Shown here: one piece after another, positions 1 through 8,403 of the stretch
Layout: every line of letters starts with the position of its first letter
Numbering within the stretch: the first letter of the stretch is position 1
From: Pseudomonadota bacterium
GTDB lineage: Bacteria; Pseudomonadota; Gammaproteobacteria; Acidiferrobacterales; UBA6901
Length of the DNA stretch: 64,000 nt
Direction: 5' to 3'
NCBI GenBank assembly: GCA_021819085.1
Contig: JAKASJ010000006.1
Location: 38,166 to 102,165 of the forward strand
Position numbers and translations under genes: made by a program
The notes under the pieces: model-generated
Database searches by the model: none
The model's input: only the letters and a program-made list of their open reading frames with translations
Told to the model about the DNA's origin: nothing

Positions 1-815
1 TCCGGCAGCCGCTGCTGCGGTATGGCCAGGCGCCCGCCCGGGAACGCGAGCAGCGCCAACTGGAATTGCTCATCGTATCCGGCCACCGTCGCGTCGAGGA
101 TAGCCGCGGCCTCGTCGCTGCGGGCAAGCGCCAAATCCAGGCGCGTAAGCATCTCACGCAGGTTGCCATGGGCCACGACGCGCCCCGGTTCAAGATTTAC
201 CAGGTGGTCAGCGAGCCGCGCCACCTCGTCGATGGCGTGGCTTACATAGAGCACGGGGATCGGCAGTTCGTCACGCAGGCGCTCGAGAAACGGCAGTAAT
301 TCGGCCCGCGAGCGGGCATCGAGTGCGGCAAGCGGTTCATCCATCAGCAGCATGACCGGATCCCTCAGCAGTGCGCAGGCCATTGCCACGCGGCTGCGTT
401 CTCCGCCGGATAGTCCCTGGACCCGGCGTCCAAGCAGCGGGCCGATGCCGGCCCACTCCACCGTCCGGGAAAAGGTGGCCCGGGAGCGCACGCGCAGCGC
501 ACGCCTCATCCCGTATTCGAGATTGCCGCGCACGCTGAGGTGGGCCAGAAGCCCCGCATCCTGGAATACGTATCCCACCCGGCGGCGGTGGGCAGGCACA
601 AAGACGCGCAACTCGCTGTCCTGCCAGAGTTCATCGTTGACCCGCAGCGTGCCGCGCGCGGCCGGCTCCAGGCCGGCTATGCAATTCAGCAATGTGGACT
701 TCCCGCACCCCGACGGACCGAACAGCGCGGTAACACCGCTCGCCGGTGTCTGGAACGTTGCCTCGAGCATGAAATCGCCGCGACGCAGCATGAAGTGCGC
801 GTCGATACCGCTCAT
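1..815 (-). CDS. modC: Molybdate ABC transporter ATP-binding protein (3' end runs off window)
   Basis: Not in the ORF track. ATG at 815 overlaps the modB stop (ATGA). Translation MSGIDAHFMLRRGDFMLEATFQTPASGVTALFGPSGCGKSTLLNCIAGLEP has a Walker A motif, and the gene lies downstream of modAB. Confidence 0.93.
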   Translation of the reverse strand, partial: MSGIDAHFMLRRGDFMLEATFQTPASGVTALFGPSGCGKSTLLNCIAGLEPAARGTLRVNDELWQDSELRVFVPAHRRRVGYVFQDAGLLAHLSVRGNLEYGMRRALRVRSRATFSRTVEWAGIGPLLGRRVQGLSGGERSRVAMACALLRDPVMLLMDEPLAALDARSRAELLPFLERLRDELPIPVLYVSHAIDEVARLADHLVNLEPGRVVAHGNLREMLTRLDLALARSDEAAAILDATVAGYDEQFQLALLAFPGGRLAIPQQRLP

Positions 816-1495
816 AGGCCGCGCGCCTGCAGGCGCCGGTTGGTTAGGTGGACGATGAACATAACGAGGAAGGAAAAGATCAGCAGTCCTGCCGACAACA
901 CATGGGCGCGCGTGTACTCGAGCGCTTCGACGTGGTCATAGATAGCGATCGACAGCACCTGGGTCTTTCCGGGAATATTTCCGCCGATCATGAGTACAAC
1001 CCCGAACTCGCCCACGGTATGGGCAAAACCGAGCGTGAGTGCCGTGACCAGTCCACGCCGCGCGAGCGGCAGGGCGACGGTAAAAAACCGATCCACGGGT
1101 CCTGCGCCCAGCATTGCCGCAACCCTGAGCGGACGCTCGCCGATCGCCTCAAACGCGTTCTGCAGCGGTTGCACCACGAACGGCAGTGAATACAGGACCG
1201 ACCCGATGACCAGGCCGGAGAAGCTGAATGCCAGCGAACCGCCACTGATAGCATGCCAGGCTTTGCCCAGCGGTCCGGTAGGGGCCAGTCCGAGCAGCAG
1301 GTAGAAGCCGAGCACGGTCGGCGGGAGCACCAGCGGCAGGGCCACAACGGACTCGACTGGCAATTTGAGGAACGAGCGTGTGCGCGCAAGCCACCACGCG
1401 ACCGGTGTCCCGATGACAAACAGAAATGCCGTCGAGATCAGGGCAAGCCGCAATGTGAGCCAGACGGGCGTAAGATCGATCGCCAATGCATTCAT
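812..1495 (-). CDS. modB: Molybdate ABC transporter permease
   Basis: LPLVLPPTVLGFYLL and FAHTVGEFGVVLMIGGNIPGKT motifs; lies between modA and modC. Confidence 0.96.
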   Translation of the reverse strand: MNALAIDLTPVWLTLRLALISTAFLFVIGTPVAWWLARTRSFLKLPVESVVALPLVLPPTVLGFYLLLGLAPTGPLGKAWHAISGGSLAFSFSGLVIGSVLYSLPFVVQPLQNAFEAIGERPLRVAAMLGAGPVDRFFTVALPLARRGLVTALTLGFAHTVGEFGVVLMIGGNIPGKTQVLSIAIYDHVEALEYTRAHVLSAGLLIFSFLVMFIVHLTNRRLQARGL

Positions 1496-1551
1496 GCTCT
1501 AATCCTGTGCCCAGAATGGGGCTGGCGCCCCGGATGGCTTGCTGCGTGTGC

Positions 1552-2358
1552 TCAGTCGACGCCGTAGCCATAGCGGCGGATGATCGCTCGCGCCGCCGGG
1601 CTGTGCAGAAACTTCATGAAGGCAACTGCCGCGGCGTCGTGTCTGGCGCGTTCGAGAAGTACCGCCTGCTGATCGATGGGCGCGTACAGTCTCTGTGGCA
1701 CGATCCAGTAGGACCCGCCGGCCGTGAACGCTGGATCTTTAAGCTGCGCCAGAGCCACGAATGCGAGCCCGGCGTTGCCGCTGACCGCGAACTGGAAGGT
1801 CTGCCCGATGTCCTCTCCGCGGACGATGCGGGGCTGCAAGGTCCGCCAAAGTCCCAGATGCCGCAGCACCGCACGCGCCGCCGCCCCGTACGGCGCAATC
1901 TTGGGGTCGGCGATCGCAAGGTGGCGGAATTTCCCGTATCTCAGCACCAGCCCCGTGTTGTCCACGCGCTGCGGAGAGCGGCTCCAAAGAGCAAGCCGGC
2001 CGCGGGCGTAGGTGAACCGGCTGGCGGCCACGCCCAGGCCCTGTCTGACCAGCAGGCGCGGAGTCGCGCTATCGGCTGCCAGCAGCACGTCGTAAGGGGC
2101 GCCGGCGCGGATCTGTGCGTACAGCTTGCCGGTTGATCCGGCGCTGATCAGCAGGCGCCCGTCGCCGGTGCGGATAAAGGCTGCGTCCAGGTCCTGCAGG
2201 GTATGAATGAAATCAGCCGCGACCGCGACACTGACCACGCCGGCGTCGGTAGCGGCACCGTGTCCGCCGGGCGGTACAGCGCGTGCCGGCAGCGGGGTTG
2301 CGGCCAGCAGCCCAAGGACGAGTGCGAAGATGGGTATTCGCGATGCGCATACGGTCAT
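1552..2358 (-). CDS. modA: Molybdate ABC transporter periplasmic binding protein
   Basis: Signal peptide; VAVAADF, GSTGKLYAQIRAGAPYDV, IADPKIAPYGAAA motifs. Confidence 0.95.
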   Translation of the reverse strand: MTVCASRIPIFALVLGLLAATPLPARAVPPGGHGAATDAGVVSVAVAADFIHTLQDLDAAFIRTGDGRLLISAGSTGKLYAQIRAGAPYDVLLAADSATPRLLVRQGLGVAASRFTYARGRLALWSRSPQRVDNTGLVLRYGKFRHLAIADPKIAPYGAAARAVLRHLGLWRTLQPRIVRGEDIGQTFQFAVSGNAGLAFVALAQLKDPAFTAGGSYWIVPQRLYAPIDQQAVLLERARHDAAAVAFMKFLHSPAARAIIRRYGYGVD

Positions 2359-3103
2359 GGGTGTCGGGTCTTCGATGCCGGTGGACGGGAAAGCCGGTAA
2401 TTTAATCCAAATGCAAGGCTCTGCGCCACATGCGCTCTCGCGCGCCGCATCCAGGCGGCGCTGTCTTCTTCACAGATTCCGTTGATGTGATGATGTCCCG
2501 CGGATCAGGCCGCGTGTTTCCGCCTGGAGTCCGACGCGCAAAGGCATGTCCGAATCTCTGCAAAAGAGGGAAACACGAAATGCCGACTTTGTGATTGGCC
2601 ATTCGCGGATAGCGGTTATCGTATGTGTCCATAGCACATGCAAGCCGCTGCCCACAACGGCTTCATACGACCAGCCCCTGCAGACCGAGCAACAAGTGAT
2701 CGACGGCACCGAGAGCAACGCGTCCGGCGACAGCAACATGGCGGTGCTGTTCCGAGTGCCAGCCGCATGCAGTTACGCGTCTCCGTGGTAAGCAAAGCGG
2801 CCCAGGCGAGGATCACTGCCGGTCCGTTGACCCAGCATCCGGTGAGGCACGATTCATCCGTCCGCCCTTTCTTGGCACATTGCTGGCGGAAATCGAATCG
2901 ATGCGCCCCACGATGTCATTACCGACGCACGCAACGCGCGGAATTGTGGCAACCGCCGCCGGATTCCGGGGCAAGCTGGCTGGATACCGGAGCGGGTGAG
3001 TGTCCCCGTAGGCCTGTACTGCCACGGTGCCCGGGGATGTCGGGCCCACGGGAAGATGAAACCGCATCTTGGGCGCCGCGACGCGCCCGCGTCGGAGCCG
3101 GAC

Positions 3104-3586
3104 TTAAAGCATTTCGATGACCCAGCGAGTAACGGTTGCCGTGGCACGGGCGCACTGATCGCCGCGGGCCTCGCTGAAAGCCGAATACTCGACCGGGTTC
3201 CACATGTCAAAGGTGCGTCCCGCGAAACGCAACTGCAGTTCTTCGCAGGTGATTCCGCCGAATTCTGTACGGAACCGGTCGACCAGCTCGCGGCCTTTCT
3301 GGAAATTGTTCATACCGCGGCCCTGATGGAGCTTGTCACGGTCGCGGCCGCGCTTGGCGCTTAAGGCCATGAGTCCGCCGGTCAAGGCGCCACAGGCGCC
3401 TTTGCCCGTCAGGCCACCACCACCGGACAGGCCATGGCTTGCCTTGATCGTGGCATCGTCGACAATGCCTACTGTCTCCTGGACGGTTGCCAACACGCAC
3501 TGCGGGCAACAGCCGTAATCGATTTCATAGCGTAAAGCCTTGCAATAGGCCTGTTCCGCCAGAGCCTGTCTGTCTGTATTCGCCAT
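3104..3586 (-). CDS. C_GCAxxG_C_C family putative redox-active protein
   Basis: Cys pattern GCCPQC...GACGALTGG...GGITC...C fits this family; RBS GGGAGA precedes the ATG. Confidence 0.8.
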   Translation of the reverse strand: MANTDRQALAEQAYCKALRYEIDYGCCPQCVLATVQETVGIVDDATIKASHGLSGGGGLTGKGACGALTGGLMALSAKRGRDRDKLHQGRGMNNFQKGRELVDRFRTEFGGITCEELQLRFAGRTFDMWNPVEYSAFSEARGDQCARATATVTRWVIEML

Positions 3587-3601
3587 GTTGCTCTCCCGGG
3601 T

Positions 3602-3651
3602 ATATTAGAAATCTCTGATATGATTATAGGTCAGGCCGGGGGTCATGACTA
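3602..3651 (-). promoter_or_regulatory. Putative sigma70 promoter with adjacent imperfect palindrome, upstream of the C_GCAxxG gene
   Basis: Minus-strand TATAAT at 3623-3628 and TAGTCA at 3646-3651 (17 bp spacer). AT-rich inverted repeat ATATTAGA-aatc-TCTGATAT at 3602-3621 (1 mismatch). Confidence 0.55.
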
Positions 3652-3735
3652 ACCCGCGAGACGTCAGCATCCGGTATCCACGCCCGGCCGGGACCCCGCG
3701 CCGCCTGTTGCCCGGGTCTTCTGGGGAGAAACCAG

Positions 3736-4698
3736 TCAGCCGCCCAGGGCTCCGCCACAGCCGGAGCCCTGGCCTGCCGTGCATCCGTAGCAATGATCGG
3801 CGACTGCGATCGGATTGCCATCGAGCCGCTTATGGACCAGGTCGGCCAGGCGTACTCCGGGGCGGCCTCCGAAACTCATCGGCAATCCAAGCATCTGGTT
3901 GAAATCACAGTCGTAGACGCGGCCCTCCCAGTCGACGCTCACAAGCGAGCGACACATGACTGACGCCAGGTTTTCCGGCCGGTGCGCGGCTTTGAGCGCT
4001 TCCATATAGGATTGGAATTTCCCCCGCGAGATTAGCGTGCTTCCGAAGCGCTGAATCGGCATGTTGGCGATCGTGTAGAGCCGGCTGAATACGATGCCAT
4101 GGTGTGTGCCGAGTTCATTGCGATATGTATCTTCGAGGGTGCCCTGTGGTGGAGGCAGCGCCGCTCCGCCCGGGTTGTACACCAGATTGAGCACGAGTCC
4201 AGCGTCGCGGCCGTACCCGAGTTCGTTCAATCGCTGCAATGCGGCAATGCTCCTGGCAAAGACGCCGGCCCCGCGTTGGGCATCGACGTTGGATTGCTGG
4301 TAGCACGGCAAGGAGGCGGTAACCTCGACACGCTGTTGCGCCAGGAATTCAGCCAGACCCTCCTGTGCGGGTTCGAGCAGGATCGTCAGATTGCAGCGGT
4401 CGATGACGTGAACGTCGCGACGACGCGCTTCCGTGACCAGCATCCGAAAATGGGGGTTGAGCTCCGGCGCTCCGCCCGTCAGATCCATATTGCGGACAGT
4501 TGTCGCGTCCAGAAACGCTAGTACTTCAGCGATGGTGTCGCGCGACATCTGTTCCTTTCGCGATGGGCCGGCATTCACGTGGCAATGCAGGCAGGATTGA
4601 TTGCAGCGGTATCCGAGATTGACCTGCAGGGTCTCCAGGCGTCCGCGCGCAAGCTGCGGAAAGTCGGTATTGTTCAGCAAAGGAAGTGTGGCATGCAT
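3736..4698 (-). CDS. arsS: Radical SAM protein of the ArsS / rSAM Cys-rich (DUF3641) family
   Basis: LQVNLGYRCNQSCLHCHVNAGP (CxxxCxxC), DLTGGAPELNP, VIDRCNLT, YDCDFNQML, C-terminal HCYGCTAGQGSGCGG. Confidence 0.85.
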   Translation of the reverse strand: MHATLPLLNNTDFPQLARGRLETLQVNLGYRCNQSCLHCHVNAGPSRKEQMSRDTIAEVLAFLDATTVRNMDLTGGAPELNPHFRMLVTEARRRDVHVIDRCNLTILLEPAQEGLAEFLAQQRVEVTASLPCYQQSNVDAQRGAGVFARSIAALQRLNELGYGRDAGLVLNLVYNPGGAALPPPQGTLEDTYRNELGTHHGIVFSRLYTIANMPIQRFGSTLISRGKFQSYMEALKAAHRPENLASVMCRSLVSVDWEGRVYDCDFNQMLGLPMSFGGRPGVRLADLVHKRLDGNPIAVADHCYGCTAGQGSGCGGALGG

Positions 4699-4736
4699 GG
4701 GTGGACTCCGGCCGCAGAGGCGGGGAACCGTCTGTT

Positions 4737-6152
4737 TTATGGTATCAAACGTTGCAGCCAGCGCACGAGGTGGCGCGTGGCCGGACTGAAAAGCGTCTGG
4801 GCGAACGCCGTGTTCGCGGTACGGCGGTGGATCTGGGCGAGCGTGGGGTAGGCGTGGATTGTGGAGGCAATCGTGGCTACCGATGCGCCGGATTTCATCG
4901 CCAGCGCCATCTCGTGAATGAGTTCGCCCGCGTGCGGCCCGAGCATCGAGGCACCGAGCAGCTTTCCGCGATGCGTGACAAGCTTCAGCATCCCCTGCTC
5001 TTCGCGCTCGGCAAGGGCGCGATCGATCTGCGAAAACGGAAAATGCAGGATCTTCGGGTCGATCCCGCGGCCGCGTGCCTCGCTTTCGGAAAGTCCCACC
5101 TGCGCAAGTTCGGGATCGCTGAATGTCACCCGTGGCACCACGCGGTAGTCCACCCTCCGCCGCAGCCGGAATACGGCATTAGAAATGATGATTCCGGCCT
5201 GGTATTCGGCCACGTGTGTGAAGGCGTGCGGACCGCAGACATCCCCGCAGGCATAGATATGATGCTGCGAGCTGCGCAGTCGGCCATCGACTTCGATTCC
5301 ACCGGTGCCGTACCGTACTCCGGCGGCCTCCAACCCGAGACTCTCTACGTTCGGACGGCGACCGGCAGCGACGAGGATGGCATCCGCCTCCAGATCCGCT
5401 GCGCCGCTGCAGTGGACGATCTTCGTCTTGCCGCGAAGCTCCACGCGCTCGACCTCCGTTCCTGTGCGGACAGAGATGCCCTCGGACTCGAGACAATCGC
5501 GCAGCATTGCACACAGCTCACTGTCCTCCGTGGGCAGCAGCTGCGTCAGCCGTTCTACGATCGTGACGCGACTCCCAAGGCGGCCGAAAGCCTGTGCCAG
5601 CTCGACACCGATCGGCCCGCCGCCAAGCACCACCAGATGCCGCGGCAGTGCGCGCAGGCTGAACACATCCAGGTTGGTAAGATAGCCGGCCGACTCGAGA
5701 CCAGGCACCCCAGGCACCGCCGGACGCGAACCGGTGGCGATGACGAAGCGCCGCGCGTACACCGATTTTTCACCGACGCGCAGCTCCCGCGGCGAGACGA
5801 ATGTCGCTGCCTTGCCCAACAGTACTTCGCATCCGTAGCCGCGGAAGCGCTCGGGATCGTCATGATCCTGGATGCGATCGATCACCTGCTGTACGCGTTC
5901 GTTGACGGCAGCCAGATCCACCGGCAGCGTTTGCTCCGGCAGTCCGAACTGCGCCGCGCGGCGTATCAGCGCTGCCACCTTGCCGGCGTGTATGAACGCC
6001 TTGCTTGGCACGCAGCCGTGGTGCAGACAGTCGCCACCGAGGCGATCGGATTTTTCCACGAGGGTTACCGTCTGACCGAGCTGTGCCGCTACGCTCGCGA
6101 CCACGAGCCCTCCGGCACCACCTCCGATTACCGCCAGATCACGCTGCTTCAC
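4737..6152 (-). CDS. Class I pyridine nucleotide-disulfide oxidoreductase (MerA/Lpd-like, no C-terminal Cys-Cys)
   Basis: GGGAGG FAD motif, GGDCLHHGCVPSK redox disulfide, GGGPIG nucleotide motif, IHAYPTL. GTG start overlaps the upstream stop. Confidence 0.88.
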   Translation of the reverse strand: MKQRDLAVIGGGAGGLVVASVAAQLGQTVTLVEKSDRLGGDCLHHGCVPSKAFIHAGKVAALIRRAAQFGLPEQTLPVDLAAVNERVQQVIDRIQDHDDPERFRGYGCEVLLGKAATFVSPRELRVGEKSVYARRFVIATGSRPAVPGVPGLESAGYLTNLDVFSLRALPRHLVVLGGGPIGVELAQAFGRLGSRVTIVERLTQLLPTEDSELCAMLRDCLESEGISVRTGTEVERVELRGKTKIVHCSGAADLEADAILVAAGRRPNVESLGLEAAGVRYGTGGIEVDGRLRSSQHHIYACGDVCGPHAFTHVAEYQAGIIISNAVFRLRRRVDYRVVPRVTFSDPELAQVGLSESEARGRGIDPKILHFPFSQIDRALAEREEQGMLKLVTHRGKLLGASMLGPHAGELIHEMALAMKSGASVATIASTIHAYPTLAQIHRRTANTAFAQTLFSPATRHLVRWLQRLIP

Positions 6153-7486
6153 GTGCCACCAGACCTTTTTCCCGGTTCGATCAGGATGCGGCGACGGAAC
6201 ACCACGTAGGAAATCGGCGCCCGGTAGTGGTCATGGTTCCGGTGCGAAGTGTCCATAAGCCAGTAGCGTACCACCGCCTCGACGGCTGTCGGGCGAGGAT
6301 GTGAGCGGGTGGAAAACCCGATGTCGTAGGTGCGTGGCTCGAGCGGGCGCAGGCGGGTATCGTGCAGTTCGATGATGAACGGCCGCCAAAGCACGGATCG
6401 CTCCAGGGTGAAAATCCGTGATTTGAGAGCATGTCCGCGGGAACCGAGTACCCGCAGCTGCACGGTCAGATGCCGGTCTGGAACACCGGTGGGGACGTAG
6501 TGTTCGGCGCCGGTGTTGGTGATGGTCAGTGCGTAGCGCTCCCGGCCGGATGGCGCGGCCGCAAGCCGGGCAAAGCTGATGCTGAGTGCATCCCGCACCA
6601 TGCGTGGGTCGTGACCGCCGCGCCACAGATGCCGCCGCGATGGCCGGATCTTGCCTCCGGGCACCAGCGGGCGGTTGACCGACGGCATGTGGCATTGCAC
6701 GCAGTTGAGTGCTGCGAGGGCCCTGGCCGACATGGCCACGCCGTAGCCGTCATTACCGGTTGCGGGAAACGTCCGCTGCGCCTGCCGCCCCGCGCGATGA
6801 CTCTGCGTACCGACGGAAGAGCGTGATGCCAAAGCCGGCAGCAATGCCTGGATCGCCCGACCCTTCAGCCGGAAGCGGCGGCGCGTGCGCGCGATCTCCG
6901 TCACGGTACCGCAAGGCGGCAGACGGTAAAACACGTCGTGGTGACGATTGTTGACGACGTGGCAACGGATACAGGTTTCATTATCATTGTTCCAGCGCGC
7001 GACCGGATGTGGCGCGTCGAGTTTTGCAAACGGTCCGTAGACGACGCCGTGCCGGATGTGGCAGGCCGCGCAGGTCACTCCTTGCCGGCGCAGTGCCGGT
7101 TCGAAGGCCGGGTTGACCGCAAGTACCGGATCCCACCGGTTGCCCCCATGATAACCCAGCACCCGGTACCGCTGCTGTGCGGCGAGAGGGGTGTGGCATT
7201 CGAGGCAGACCGGTTTGCGCCCTTCCGCCCGCCAGTCGGTCTGAAAATAGGGGTCGGTCCAGGCGCGGCTGTGTATGGTTGTGCTCCATTCCCGGTAATT
7301 GGCGACGTGGCAGCTGCCGCAGCTGCGTGCGCCGAGTTTTCCGAGGGGCGGAATCGGTGTCGCCGGCAAAGGATTTTCGAAGCGTTTCGAAATCGAAAAA
7401 ATCTCCAGCGGCCGCAGCATGCGCCAGCCGAGAAAAACCGCCGCACTTCCGGCCACCGCCCAGATCAAGGCGACCTTGAACTTCAT
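6149..7486 (-). CDS. Membrane-anchored or exported multiheme c-type cytochrome (5 CxxCH)
   Basis: N-terminal hydrophobic helix; CGSCH, CLECH, CAACH, CIRCH, CVQCH; c554-like N-terminal segment (CxxCH...EWxxxxHSRAWTDP). Confidence 0.87.
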   Translation of the reverse strand: MKFKVALIWAVAGSAAVFLGWRMLRPLEIFSISKRFENPLPATPIPPLGKLGARSCGSCHVANYREWSTTIHSRAWTDPYFQTDWRAEGRKPVCLECHTPLAAQQRYRVLGYHGGNRWDPVLAVNPAFEPALRRQGVTCAACHIRHGVVYGPFAKLDAPHPVARWNNDNETCIRCHVVNNRHHDVFYRLPPCGTVTEIARTRRRFRLKGRAIQALLPALASRSSVGTQSHRAGRQAQRTFPATGNDGYGVAMSARALAALNCVQCHMPSVNRPLVPGGKIRPSRRHLWRGGHDPRMVRDALSISFARLAAAPSGRERYALTITNTGAEHYVPTGVPDRHLTVQLRVLGSRGHALKSRIFTLERSVLWRPFIIELHDTRLRPLEPRTYDIGFSTRSHPRPTAVEAVVRYWLMDTSHRNHDHYRAPISYVVFRRRILIEPGKRSGGT

Positions 7487-7572
7487 TCCACCCGCCCCTT
7501 TAATTTATAGTTGATCCGGTATAGAGATCGGGCGCATGGCCGCACGTGTGTGTCGCCTGATGTGATTGTCGG

Positions 7573-8388
7573 TCATGAGGCTGTCGACAGTGTTGCGCCC
7601 GGCACTGGCATACCGGACTCCGGTTCCAAACCAACCGGTCTGGTAAGGAAGGACGCGATCTGTCGTCCGGCGAGATAGATCCGCAGCTCGCCCGGCCTGA
7701 AGGGTGACCAAACATCGCTCTCGGTGAGCGGTTCGGTGGCGATCACCGCAATATCGGATGTCGGGTCCCCGCAGCAGGCAGCGGACGTATTGTCCAGACT
7801 CCACAGGCGGTCATGGCCGTAGGCGATGAGATGTTCGCCATCGGACATCAGAAAATTGAAGCGGCCGCGCGACGCCAGCATCTCGGCGACATCGGCAAGC
7901 GCATCGAGCCATCGGTTCCCCTCCTGCGCCCGTGGTCCGGAAAACGCCGTGGCGATGTGCTCGAGCACCACGCAGAAAGCATGTTCGGAATCAGTGTCGC
8001 CGCTGGGCACGCACACCGGCATGGTGTGCGATGCCGCGGGCATCGCGGCATCGGGAAGGATGCCGTTGTGGGCGAACACCCACTCGCGCTCGCAGCAGAT
8101 GCGGAGGAACGGATGGGTGTTGGCCGCCACCCTCGCCGTCGGCGGGTTGGCTTTGCGCACGTGTCCTACAATCAGTGGCGCGCGCGTGCGCGCGCACAAC
8201 TCGCGGAAGCGGGCGCTGCTGGCGGCTGGCCGCGGCTCCTTCTCGATACGGAACGAGGCGCCCTCGACCCAGGCGAGGCCCCAGCCATCCGGGTTGTCGG
8301 CGACGCCACCGCCGTGCGCTCCGAAACGGCAAAGCAGTTCCCGTGGCTGCAGGGCGGAATTACTGCTCAGTCCGAATAATTCGCACAT
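7573..8388 (-). CDS. Class II (Ntn) glutamine amidotransferase, YafJ/EgtC-like
   Basis: N-terminal MCELFG (Cys2 nucleophile), NPDGWG, HVRKA, NTHPF, FAHNG, GDTDSEHAF. Confidence 0.9.
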   Translation of the reverse strand: MCELFGLSSNSALQPRELLCRFGAHGGGVADNPDGWGLAWVEGASFRIEKEPRPAASSARFRELCARTRAPLIVGHVRKANPPTARVAANTHPFLRICCEREWVFAHNGILPDAAMPAASHTMPVCVPSGDTDSEHAFCVVLEHIATAFSGPRAQEGNRWLDALADVAEMLASRGRFNFLMSDGEHLIAYGHDRLWSLDNTSAACCGDPTSDIAVIATEPLTESDVWSPFRPGELRIYLAGRQIASFLTRPVGLEPESGMPVPGATLSTAS

Positions 8389-8403
8389 GACGTCGCCATC
8401 CGC

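Noticed and set aside
3736-3760. Possible selenocysteine in the ArsS-family C-terminal motif
   Set aside because: The GSGCGG Cys is encoded by TGT, and the TGA at 3736-3738 falls after the family's normal end. No in-frame Sec codon was seen.
4737-6152. Calling this gene merA (mercury resistance)
   Set aside because: No C-terminal Cys-Cys pair, no NmerA domain, and no merR/T/P nearby.
4686-6209. 507-aa plus-strand ORF, and similar antisense ORFs such as 53568-54914 and 21422-22633
   Set aside because: Antisense shadows of well-supported genes, with no independent motifs.
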